Shown in pieces: positions 8,901 to 17,470 of a stretch of 23,609 nucleotides of DNA; within the stretch, counting starts at the first letter, position 1; every line of letters begins with the position of its first letter. Location of the stretch: sequence record OP999020.1. One strand, written 5' to 3'. Both the position numbers and the translations under genes were made by a program. The notes beneath the pieces are model-generated. The model was not told where the DNA came from. It did no database searches and saw nothing but the letters and a program-made list of their open reading frames with translations.

Positions 8901-11900
8901 ATTACAAAGCCTAGGAATAAATATTGATCCATCACAAATCCAGCAGACTATAGATAATATCAACCAAAGCATAAATGAAATACAGGCAATACAAGGTTCT
9001 TCTCAGCAATTACAAAACATATTGAAGCAAATACAAAATCAATTACAAACGCCTCAAAGTGCAGAAACATTAACATTAAACTTAATGAATCTATCGAGTC
9101 AAGGCTTGCAAATAATCAGTAATATAATAGCAACATATCAAAAATATGGGCAAAGCCCAGACCAAAGCATTTTATCGCTGCAAAAGAAACTACAGAAGAT
9201 TTATGATAATGCACAGAGCGAATACCAGTTATTAACTGCGCAACAATCTTCTCAATCATTTACACAATCAGCAGGCGATATTGCTACTGGAAACATAGGT
9301 GGGGCTATTATAAGTGGTCTAGCTGGTATTGGTGAAGCTGTCTTATCTGGTTTAGCAAATATAGGCGCCAATTTCGTAAGCGTTGTTGGCACAGCAATAA
9401 ACGATGGTTTAAACGATCTAAGCAACTTCATAACTCATGCCATTCCTGGCATAGCTGGGCAAATAATCGCTGGAATTGTAATAGGTGCATTATTTACAAT
9501 CGTACAATTCATACCTGGAGTTGATGTAGCAGTTGATACAGCAATTGGAGCTACTATCATGGCTGCAACAATAGGTGATGCAATACAACAATACTATTTA
9601 TCCGGAATTTCTAATCCGCTAACAATAGCAACAGATATAGGAAAATCGTTTATAACACCAGAAGGATTAGCTGCGCTGTTTGCCGGTGTAGGTTTTTCAA
9701 TCGGATTGCCACGAGTTGTTGATAATGTAGGCGATTTATTCAAATCAACTGATGATGTAAAAGTATCTGGAGTAGTAAAAAGCCTAGATAATGCGAAAAT
9801 TGACTTAGACAAAATACAAGCAAGGATGGGTGACTTATTAAATAAGCTAAAATTAGACAAGACTAAAATTGATGTGACAAAAGTTGCCGAAAACCTAAGA
9901 GATTTAAATGATCTCCTTAGTATAAAGGGAGTATTAGACGGTATTAAAGACTATCTTGACAAACTAACAGAACGCTTGAATGGAATTTTAAAAATAGATG
10001 CAAAAGTAAAAGTTGGACCAGAAGGTGCAGAAGTTTATACGATAAAATTAGGACCATTTGGTGAAGAAGTTGCTAGTTTAACTGCAACCATACAAAAAAT
10101 AGAACAGGCTGCTGAAATTACATTGGAAAAACTAAAATCAAGCCTCAAGATAACTGACGAAGGAGTAGAAATAAAAGGTGGTAGCAATAATACAATAACG
10201 ATAGCTAATAAAGAAGCACTATATACTCAGACAGCAGGCAATCTATCCACAAAAACTGAAATTCCTTCTGAAGGAAAAATAGGCTTACCAGAATTTGAAA
10301 CAGTCAAGATAAATACTGGGGAGTTACATGGTACTACGTTTTCAGACCTAGTAGAACCAAGCAAAGCAAATCTGACTGAAATTAATTTAGAACAAGCAGT
10401 TAATAAATTTTCGCAAATCCCACCAGAGATTAGTAGATTAGAGGCACAATTTGACAATAATGAAACCTTCGCATTGGATATCAGTAAAGAGTTTGCAGAT
10501 TATTTGCACGCAAAATATGATGCCTTAAGATCTCAAATTGTAAATATATCAAAACAAATAGCAAAAGAGCACTACGATAACCCAGATTTTGCAGCAGCAG
10601 AGGAAAAAATAGCTCAGCTGGGTTTTAGAAACCAAATAGATTCCGCTGCTAACAAGATAGAGACATTGAATCAAAAATTAATTGAACTGAGAAAGATAGG
10701 TAATTTATTAAAAGCTGTCAAGGAGAAAACAACGATAGATATCGAACCATTATTGAAAGATTATGTTGATGGTAAGATAGATAATATATATGAGCTAGCA
10801 AATATGATAAATGAAAAACTTTATGACTATTATAAACCACAAATTGATTCTTTAGAAAATAATATTTTAAGCACTTTACAGAAGAAGGGCGCAACACCAG
10901 ACCAAATTGCACAAGTAAAGAGTGAAATTGATAATTTAGTGTTAAATCAAATTGATGAGTTTATTAATCCAAAAGAATCAACAGATACAACACAAGTACT
11001 TGATAATGTTAGTAATCTTGTTGATCAGTTAAACAAAATTGAAGCGTTTGCAAAGAATGCATCTAATGCAAATGATATGATTAACATAATAGAGGACCGC
11101 CTTGGTGGAGGTTCCGGCACACAATATGAAATACAAGCAAATACTAAAACGGAGAATCAACCATTAGGTTCAAATAACATTAGCCAACCAACTACTCCTC
11201 AAAATACTCCTAGCACCACTGGTCAAACTCCTGGTACTACTGCCTCTAGTGGTATTGAGAGTCAGACTGGTAGTGGTCAAATTGCAGTACAAATACCGAA
11301 AGAGGCAGTAAAAAGTGCAGAAAGTAATGTGGTAAACTTATCGCTAAGGTATAGCCTTTCTGACATTATCAATACCGCTAGGCAAACACTTGGAGAAGAC
11401 TTTGATAGAGAATTGTACGCATTTTCGCAGTTGTTTGGACAAGATTCTATAAACCAGGCAATTTTAGATGCTGTGAATAAGTCCCCAACACCAGATCTAG
11501 ACTCCATAGCAAGAACATTAGGCGATGTTATAGAGAGTAAAGTTGATGAGGTTTTACGGACTTCCCCAGATAAAGCAGTTGCAACTATTGAAGATATGCT
11601 AAAAATCAATAATGATTTAGTAAAAAGTAAGCTCACAACAGATTTACTTGACTTTATAAAGAATAATCCAAAAGCAACATTTAATGATTTATTGACATTT
11701 ACAGAAAAAGATCTACCAAAAATTGTTAATGATGTTAAGGACACATTAACAAATTCGGTTTTAGATCAATTGAGTAAAGGATTTGGTAATTTGACTAACT
11801 TAATTGGGAAAGATTCACTGAAGACATTCCTTGAAAATGAGATAAAGAATGGTGTATTTGATGTAAATAAGTTGTTAAATGATGCTAAAGCGTTTGCAGA

Positions 11901-12972
11901 TTCCAGGCTGACAGAATTATTGAAAACTAATCCGGAGCAGGTACTCTCAACGATACTAGATTCTGCAAAGATTGGGAATAAGCTGATTAGAGATAAACTG
12001 TTGACAGATACATTAGACTTTGTAAAACGTTTTGGCGGTAATGTGACATTACAAGATATTGCGGAATTTATAGCAAAGGACGCTTCTGATCTAAAAACGC
12101 AACTTACAAGTACATTAAAGAGTGGTAACTTAAAAGGACTGGCAAATACGTTCCCTGCTTTGAAAAACGTTTTGGAGGAACTAAATACGGACCCAGTAAG
12201 AGGACTGAAACAGTACTTTAGTTTAGTAGACCCAACAGTTGCTGAGAGCTTAAATAGGATAACATCAGATAATGCACTAGATATTCTTGACGCACTAAAG
12301 AGTGATAATTTAACTAAGATCGCACAAATACTTGACTTATCAGTAGACGAACTAGAAAGGCCAGAAGTTAAACTATCAATAATCAGTGAGATATTAGATG
12401 ACTTAATGAAAAAACTAAAGGTGAAAGAAATAACTGTCGAAGAATTTGAAAGTGCGGTAGAAAGTTTGAAAGAAACGATAAATGAAATATTGCCAGAATA
12501 TAGAAATCTGCTAGGAGATTACGCTGAGAAGCTACAAGAACAAGTACAAGAAGTTGAGGATTATGTAAAAGAAAAAAGATTGTCTAAAGTAGTTGAACTT
12601 TATGATGTATTGGTTCCATCTACCGCTGAATTACCAGTGATCTTGTCAATAGCAAGCAATAGTGACATTAATTATTTATTAGACTATGTAGAACAATTAG
12701 CCTCTCAAGAACAAACACCACAAGTTAGCCAAGAAACGCCACAACAAGGAGTACAAGAAGAACAGAGTACAACAGTTTTATCAACACCAGCTCAACCAGA
12801 ATCACCTATACTGGAAGAACCTTTAGCCCCACCACCCACTGAACCAAATCAACAAGAGCAACCAGAATACCCAATGCCAACGGGACCTAATGCACCAGCA
12901 TTGCCAAACAGAAATACTAGATCTGTCAGTGGTCAAACGCAACAACAAATACTATACTTCCCCATTTCATGA
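5932..12972 (+). CDS. Giant 2346-aa helical/coiled-coil protein, probable virion structural protein of bicaudaviruses
   Basis: Uninterrupted 7-kb ORF with a Q/N/S-rich, charge-poor N-half, a hydrophobic Gly/Ala-rich middle (about aa 1114-1263), a K/E/D/L-rich C-half and a Pro-rich tail. Comparably huge proteins are known from STSV1 and ATV; homology is inferred, not aligned. Confidence 0.9.
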   Translation: MSVTQPTTEQLNAYAQYTSLQQQLSNLLNQIQQIPNPPTPPQPPTSNDPASLSNYYSSLAEYYQNIQSYSQEYGKTITQNLQILQQSMQIINQMEGLLKILGQTDSNLQQVADQISQNINYYQQLQNATQTNYSSYAAFFNNLANAYSEINQYQQLPSLPQAPSGSVSLSGAAQYYSSLANWLTQNSSTVQQNISALQGAIQALQAALNNVPPGYNASQLQQQLQQWQQSLAQLQSLTNLNPQQLQNTATAYSLWAQGITALNKSDYQDAVNDFNQALQAVGLSPPSSPTQKAPSSQWAALFYLSGLANALLNAQNIQNQYQQQLNQLGQQISSQQGGNISPQLLQTISQFYTTLSQELAQVKPYFEQASQYGANVGVQINADGYNTASKLAADLAKLASDMANALQQLSNSNTQNPNPANQASQILMGDQGLVNEINSLASSLPSSFSSLVTDAQSLVSGYDELTKSSTNAYTFYSGVNQIQQYLNQQDYQDAYNAAVNLAKSLGISVSINDLTQQSYQPPSNDQETETVYYLLLLSKWGLTYQSITNQYQQQINSLASSISSSSSMQQTFSTYAQIFKLMYEMYNTLQQITPAGNAAFSYFGETTFPQNYFATAAELMKKASDIASQIASDLANGNYDDIEKMQLNFSELSQLQSMNNSLTQNMTSSIQQNISNFAIAVANLQYNIAFTNSINKALQQVNNQQNQTTVNQNSIAANRFFRGRFGNAYEASSNSSAQTYQQLSQTYAQVAQQITTVTQQQASGSVQIPGVGTVNVRVPNDLINSAGQTAQKMKLLSQAYNALAQASQNSNDPQTALQNYQTAYNNFTQAGVSQDKLSNLQSVISFYQYLVNNQGTLQSIQSQLQEIGNLTPQVNNNSVKLGTAALVASAATMPLSQMRSTVEQATGLDQIKQQIDNYYDNFPSLPQNLQQQVNNMHTIADTTVDLYTNNLVARAYISVTQLPNVSADQQIQSLQNAKQALQNAKQDTQTLQSLGINIDPSQIQQTIDNINQSINEIQAIQGSSQQLQNILKQIQNQLQTPQSAETLTLNLMNLSSQGLQIISNIIATYQKYGQSPDQSILSLQKKLQKIYDNAQSEYQLLTAQQSSQSFTQSAGDIATGNIGGAIISGLAGIGEAVLSGLANIGANFVSVVGTAINDGLNDLSNFITHAIPGIAGQIIAGIVIGALFTIVQFIPGVDVAVDTAIGATIMAATIGDAIQQYYLSGISNPLTIATDIGKSFITPEGLAALFAGVGFSIGLPRVVDNVGDLFKSTDDVKVSGVVKSLDNAKIDLDKIQARMGDLLNKLKLDKTKIDVTKVAENLRDLNDLLSIKGVLDGIKDYLDKLTERLNGILKIDAKVKVGPEGAEVYTIKLGPFGEEVASLTATIQKIEQAAEITLEKLKSSLKITDEGVEIKGGSNNTITIANKEALYTQTAGNLSTKTEIPSEGKIGLPEFETVKINTGELHGTTFSDLVEPSKANLTEINLEQAVNKFSQIPPEISRLEAQFDNNETFALDISKEFADYLHAKYDALRSQIVNISKQIAKEHYDNPDFAAAEEKIAQLGFRNQIDSAANKIETLNQKLIELRKIGNLLKAVKEKTTIDIEPLLKDYVDGKIDNIYELANMINEKLYDYYKPQIDSLENNILSTLQKKGATPDQIAQVKSEIDNLVLNQIDEFINPKESTDTTQVLDNVSNLVDQLNKIEAFAKNASNANDMINIIEDRLGGGSGTQYEIQANTKTENQPLGSNNISQPTTPQNTPSTTGQTPGTTASSGIESQTGSGQIAVQIPKEAVKSAESNVVNLSLRYSLSDIINTARQTLGEDFDRELYAFSQLFGQDSINQAILDAVNKSPTPDLDSIARTLGDVIESKVDEVLRTSPDKAVATIEDMLKINNDLVKSKLTTDLLDFIKNNPKATFNDLLTFTEKDLPKIVNDVKDTLTNSVLDQLSKGFGNLTNLIGKDSLKTFLENEIKNGVFDVNKLLNDAKAFADSRLTELLKTNPEQVLSTILDSAKIGNKLIRDKLLTDTLDFVKRFGGNVTLQDIAEFIAKDASDLKTQLTSTLKSGNLKGLANTFPALKNVLEELNTDPVRGLKQYFSLVDPTVAESLNRITSDNALDILDALKSDNLTKIAQILDLSVDELERPEVKLSIISEILDDLMKKLKVKEITVEEFESAVESLKETINEILPEYRNLLGDYAEKLQEQVQEVEDYVKEKRLSKVVELYDVLVPSTAELPVILSIASNSDINYLLDYVEQLASQEQTPQVSQETPQQGVQEEQSTTVLSTPAQPESPILEEPLAPPPTEPNQQEQPEYPMPTGPNAPALPNRNTRSVSGQTQQQILYFPIS
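8849..8890 (+). repeat. Perfect 21-bp tandem duplication (one heptad) within the giant ORF
   Basis: CATTACAAAATGCGAAACAAG x2, encoding LQNAKQA-LQNAKQD. Confidence 0.9.
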
Positions 12973-13956
12973 AGATACAAAAATTTTTTCTAATTCTTTT
13001 ATTAATTCTTTTTGAGCTTCTTCTCTAACTCTCTTTCTTATTCCCCACTCAACTCGTAATTCAACTTCTACTTTCTTTAACAAACCAGTCTTCACATAGT
13101 AATCATACACTATCATCCATTTTTTCCTAGCCTTATCACGTAGTTCGAATAAATATGCAATAATATCCCTCATATTAATCTGAGGAGGTTGCCTATCTAT
13201 CTCATCCTTATAGAGTTCTATAGACTTCTCAAGCTCATTAGAAAAGATCCACCTCATCATATAATAATACTTACGAATAGAAAATTCCCTTGCAAATGCT
13301 TTTTCGTTAATCTTATCACCATCAATTGGTACATAACCTCCTGCTAAAAGTTCTTTAGTATGTACTTGCCATAGAAACTTAATTCTTAACTCAGCAATTA
13401 GACCACTCCTTCCATATGAACCACATAAACCGTTTTCAGAAACTTCATATAAATAACTATCAATTTTCTTCTTAAGGTCGTCAATTGCTGGCATTATTTC
13501 ATCTACTGCTTTCTCTAAACGTTCTGCTTTTTCTTGCTCGCCTTTCTCTTTAAGAGCTCCAAGATGTATGTAAAAGACAAAATCCTTCATAAATAGCCCA
13601 TAGGGAAGGCGTGTAAGAATAATTTTTCTAGATAGATCTTCATAAAAATATGACCAGATTTTTGCGCAGTACTTAGAGGCACCATCAAGTACTTTTTTTA
13701 TTTCTCCAAGTACTACATGAGGATCATCGTTTTTGTGTGCTTCAAGATACTCCTTTACGCTTTTATATCCTTGTGGAATGTATAAATACTTATCAAACTC
13801 TTTTTCATCCATTATTTGAACGTTTAGTCTTTCTTCAACCTTTTCTATTTCTCTCGTTATCCAGTAATCATTCAAGCTTTTATAGTACTCGATTATCTTT
13901 TTCGCTTCTGTTATAATCTCGTTTAGCCTTTCAACATACTCTGAATAACTTCTCAT
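12967..13956 (-). CDS. Hypothetical highly charged helical protein, 329 aa
   Basis: Long ORF with an ATG start 24 nt after a TTTTTTTA box (13981-13988, minus strand). No family recognised. Confidence 0.82.
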   Translation of the reverse strand: MRSYSEYVERLNEIITEAKKIIEYYKSLNDYWITREIEKVEERLNVQIMDEKEFDKYLYIPQGYKSVKEYLEAHKNDDPHVVLGEIKKVLDGASKYCAKIWSYFYEDLSRKIILTRLPYGLFMKDFVFYIHLGALKEKGEQEKAERLEKAVDEIMPAIDDLKKKIDSYLYEVSENGLCGSYGRSGLIAELRIKFLWQVHTKELLAGGYVPIDGDKINEKAFAREFSIRKYYYMMRWIFSNELEKSIELYKDEIDRQPPQINMRDIIAYLFELRDKARKKWMIVYDYYVKTGLLKKVEVELRVEWGIRKRVREEAQKELIKELEKIFVSS

Positions 13957-13998
13957 CTAAAAATATAGAGAAAAGGAAGGTAAAAAAATTTTTATCTT

Positions 13999-14499
13999 TT
14001 ATACGCCTTGCGGGATGTAACCTAATGCCATTAGTAGGTATAGAATTTCTGACACTGAAAATACACTTATTAAGACGTCATCAAATACCATAATAGTTGG
14101 CGCTACGATTAAACCTTGAATCATTAGTGGAATCCAATGGGCAAAGAAGAAAATCGCATTAGTGTAGATATACGTAACATATGCTACTATAAACACAGTT
14201 TGCGCGTAGGTTTGTGTTGAGGAGGAAATGTTTGATAGTACTGATATTCCAGATATTGCTCCTAGTGCTGCTACACCGTTTGCTATAGCCCCAAAAAACG
14301 GATTATTTGTTAACCCAGATAGGAATGAGATAATGCTTATCCCAGAAATGGAAGATAGTAATTGAGAAGCTTGCCCAGAAAAATAGTTCGGTGCTGCCGC
14401 TATAAATGAATCAATTAAGATGTTCGCTACAGCAGCGCCTATTACTAGCCCGAATGCTGTGTTAAATGTTGCTTGTAAGAAATTTGTTAGGAATCCCGT
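13999..14499 (-). CDS. Multi-pass membrane protein, about 166 aa, apparently starting at ACG
   Basis: The 65-aa ORF-track call (13999..14196) is the tail of a frame open up to 14505. It reads (M)GFLTNFLQATFNTAFGLVIGAAVANILIDSFIAAAPNYFSGQASQLLSSISGISIISFLSGLTNNPFFGAIANGVAALGAISGISVLSNISSSTQTYAQTVFIVAY... An SD-like GGTGA lies 6 nt before the ACG at 14499-14497. Confidence 0.7.
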   Translation of the reverse strand, partial: TGFLTNFLQATFNTAFGLVIGAAVANILIDSFIAAAPNYFSGQASQLLSSISGISIISFLSGLTNNPFFGAIANGVAALGAISGISVLSNISSSTQTYAQTVFIVAYVTYIYTNAIFFFAHWIPLMIQGLIVAPTIMVFDDVLISVFSVSEILYLLMALGYIPQGV

Positions 14500-14539
14500 A
14501 TTCTCTCACCTTGTATATAATTATTCTATTTCACTCACC

Positions 14540-17212
14540 TTATAAGAGTTGTGATTGTGCTCTTTGTGTTGCTGAGCTAGAAGAAAGTACTGCTGGTGCT
14601 ACTGATACTGCTGCATCACCTACTACGTTTATTACTGCATTTATCGCATTAACTGCATTGGCATATGTTGCGTTTTGTGTGTAATTTTGACCAGTTATCG
14701 TGTTTAATGCGTTGATGAGATTTAGATAATATTTTGCTTGTTCTTTATACTGTATTGCAGAATTAGTATCTCCATTTTTTAAAGCCTCATATGCCTTTAC
14801 AGCATAATAATATAAAGATTCGAGTAATCCATTCATCTTCATTGTAAATGTGCTTCCTTGCTCTTGTGATAAAGCTATGATGTAAGGGGCATATTGTGGT
14901 GCTGCAGCTATTGCATCTGCATAATCATTATTCATTAAGTAATTTGCGACTGTTTGATTATATTCTATTTGTACTGCTTGTGATGAGTTGTTTGGCGAGA
15001 ATGCGGATACGATGTTATTAATGTAAGTGCTTAATCCATTAAGGTATGGATTATTAGTATTAGCTAATGCCGAAAGTTGGTTAACAATGAACTGTGGATT
15101 TTGCCCTTGTGCAAATGCCGTATCAAAGTCTTGTAACAAATTCTGAACCTGATTGATTGTATTTATTGCCTGATTGATCTCGGCTGTATTATTAGTATCT
15201 GATTTTAACTGATTCAATATCTGAAGGGCCTCATTTAGATTACCGCTTTGTAGTGCGTTTTGGAGATTTGTAGTTAGATTCTGCGCGTTTGTACCTACTT
15301 GCTGTTGTGCGGTTTGTAATAATTGTGCTACAGTATTTGCCTCATTATTTAGATAATTAGCCAAATACGAAGTGATTGGATTACTGCCCACTTGATTTGC
15401 GATTTGTTGTAATTGATTTGCAATTTGCTGTAATGTGTTAACATCTGATGAAGTGTATTGCCCTTTATTTTGTTCTTGCTGTATTGTACTAACGGCATTA
15501 TTGAACTGCTGCTGTATACTGCTCAATATCTGAATTGCTTGAGAGATTGTACTTGCATCTTGTGTATCGCCTATTTGATTAGCAATTTGCTCACCACTCT
15601 GTAAAGCGGAAATTGCTGCATTTATATTACCGTTCTGTAAATCGTTTTGTACTTGACTAATTAAGCTTTGGAATTGTTGTTGCATTTGCTGTAATTGTTT
15701 CTGTTGTTGCTGCTGTAAGTAGTTTTGTATGTTAGTTTGTACTTGTTGCGCAGTACTCGCCAAATTGCTTATATAGCTAGATAAGGAAGAAGTGATTTGA
15801 TTACTGCCTATACTGTTGTTTATGTTGTTTAGTGTATTAATAGCATTTTGAATGGTCTGTAGATCACTTTGTGTATAACTACTCTTATTCTGTTCTTGTT
15901 GTATTGTACTGGCAACACTGCTTAATTGCTGCTGTATATTGTTTAATATCTGAATTGCTTGTGAGATTGTGTTTGCAGCCTGCGTATAACCAATTTGATT
16001 TGCGAGTTGGTCACCACTCTGCAAGGCAGAAAGAGCGTTACTTATGTTACCACTCTGTAGGTTGTTCTCAGCTTGAGAAACATAGTTTTGTACTTCTTGC
16101 TGTAAGTAGTTTTGTATGTTAGTTTGTACTTGTTGCGCAGTACTCGCCAAATTGCTTATATAGCTAGATAAGTAAGAGGTAATAGAATTGTTGCCTATAC
16201 TGTTATTTATACTGTTTAGTGCACTAATAGCATTTTGAATAGCTTGCAAATCGCTAGGTGTATAACTACTCTTATTCTGTTCTTGCTGTATTGTACTGAT
16301 AGCATTATTGAGCTGTTGTTGAATGTTATCTAGTATTTGCGTTGCCTGTGAGATTGTGTTTGCATCTTGTGTATCGCCTATTTGATTAGCAATTTGCTCA
16401 CCACTCTGTAAGGCAGAAAGAGCACCACTTATGTTACCGCTTTGTAAATCATTTTCAGCTTGAGAAATGTAGTTCTGTACTTGCTGTGTATTTGGTCCAG
16501 AACTGCCTCCACCACCGCCTGAACCACCAGAACCACCGCTTGAACCACCACCGCTTCCAGAGCCACCACCACCACCAGAGCTTGGCGGACTGGAACTACC
16601 CCCGCCACCGCCTGAACCACCACCGCCGGAGTTTGGATTAGAACTTCCACCACCGCCTCCAGAACCAGGGCCCGAGCTGTTTGGTGAGCTATTAGGACTG
16701 CTTGATTGGTTATTAAGGTAGTTTTGTATTTGTTGTTGAACTGACTGTGCTTGTTGATATAGACTGTTTAAATAATTTGCAAGAGGACCAGCATATGGAT
16801 TATTATTGTTTGCTTCTGCGTCTAAGCCATTAACAACATTCTCCAAATTATTTACAATTGTGTTAATTGTATTCAAATCGTTTTGTGTATATGAACTTTG
16901 TTGTTGTAATTGAAGTATTGTGTTTCTGTATTGATTATAGTTATATGCAGTAAGAGCATTTAGGACTGACTGCGCATTATAAGCATCGCCTTGATTACCA
17001 GTTTGCTTATCATATTGTATTATTCCATTTAGAATATCTTGCGCATCAGCAGGAGAAGCACCAGCACTAACAACTTGCCCATTTTGAACTGTTTGTGTAC
17101 ATTCTGCAGGACCATATCCATTACTGTATAGCGGAGGGGGATTAATATAAAATACACTTTGGTAAGCCATTAACCAACCTTGATTTGTGCATGGTTGCGA
17201 ATTTGACGACAT
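14540..17212 (-). CDS. 890-aa Q/N/S-rich helical-repeat protein with a Gly/Ser linker, probable virion (tail/filament) protein
   Basis: ATG start with GAGGAG upstream. Contains a Gly/Ser/Pro low-complexity linker (about 16490-16700), three ~129-aa repeats plus degenerate partial copies, and very few charged residues. Confidence 0.88.
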   Translation of the reverse strand: MSSNSQPCTNQGWLMAYQSVFYINPPPLYSNGYGPAECTQTVQNGQVVSAGASPADAQDILNGIIQYDKQTGNQGDAYNAQSVLNALTAYNYNQYRNTILQLQQQSSYTQNDLNTINTIVNNLENVVNGLDAEANNNNPYAGPLANYLNSLYQQAQSVQQQIQNYLNNQSSSPNSSPNSSGPGSGGGGGSSNPNSGGGGSGGGGGSSSPPSSGGGGGSGSGGGSSGGSGGSGGGGGSSGPNTQQVQNYISQAENDLQSGNISGALSALQSGEQIANQIGDTQDANTISQATQILDNIQQQLNNAISTIQQEQNKSSYTPSDLQAIQNAISALNSINNSIGNNSITSYLSSYISNLASTAQQVQTNIQNYLQQEVQNYVSQAENNLQSGNISNALSALQSGDQLANQIGYTQAANTISQAIQILNNIQQQLSSVASTIQQEQNKSSYTQSDLQTIQNAINTLNNINNSIGSNQITSSLSSYISNLASTAQQVQTNIQNYLQQQQQKQLQQMQQQFQSLISQVQNDLQNGNINAAISALQSGEQIANQIGDTQDASTISQAIQILSSIQQQFNNAVSTIQQEQNKGQYTSSDVNTLQQIANQLQQIANQVGSNPITSYLANYLNNEANTVAQLLQTAQQQVGTNAQNLTTNLQNALQSGNLNEALQILNQLKSDTNNTAEINQAINTINQVQNLLQDFDTAFAQGQNPQFIVNQLSALANTNNPYLNGLSTYINNIVSAFSPNNSSQAVQIEYNQTVANYLMNNDYADAIAAAPQYAPYIIALSQEQGSTFTMKMNGLLESLYYYAVKAYEALKNGDTNSAIQYKEQAKYYLNLINALNTITGQNYTQNATYANAVNAINAVINVVGDAAVSVAPAVLSSSSATQRAQSQLL
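15290..16483 (-). repeat. Three tandem intragenic repeats with a 387-bp (129-aa) unit
   Basis: 75-bp identity between 15711-15785 and 16098-16172 (offset 387). 52-bp identity between 15553-15604 and 16360-16411 (offset 807 = 2x387+33). Outer boundaries are approximate. Confidence 0.9.
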
Positions 17213-17271
17213 TTCACTCTCCTCTCTCTAAAAATAATAAAACAAAATTAAAAAGAGTCACTCAGAAGGCT

Positions 17272-17318
17272 TTTTGGCAAATTTACCAAAACTGTCTGAG
17301 TGTTCATAATTCTCCAGT
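17272..17318 (-). repeat. Copy D of the dispersed element, inverted and facing the 890-aa gene
   Basis: The minus strand reads CTGGAGAAT-N-TTTTGGTAAAT with box spacing 28 (29 in copy B). It includes the near-palindrome TTTTGGCAAATTTACCAAAA (17272-17291). Confidence 0.6.
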
Positions 17319-17470
17319 TTTGTAGAAGGTTTTTCCTCATGTAGCCTTGCTTTCTAATTTCGAACTTTTGCTATATACAGGAACTTCGAACTTATGATGT
17401 AAAAAATTAGGCATTAAGTTGTTTCACAAGTTTGAAAAAAATACAGAACGTTTTTTCGATAAATTCACCA

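Noticed and set aside
6494-11744. Short ORFs inside the giant gene (6494, 6752, 6822, 8064, 9594, 10227, 10718, 11277)
   Set aside because: All are nested in the 2346-aa ORF, with no independent start signals or recognisable domains.
14466-16653. ORFs 14466..14684 (+), 15871..16122 (+) and 16429..16653 (-)
   Set aside because: They are antisense or alternate-frame shadows of the 890-aa gene. The last is an off-frame reading of the Gly-rich linker.
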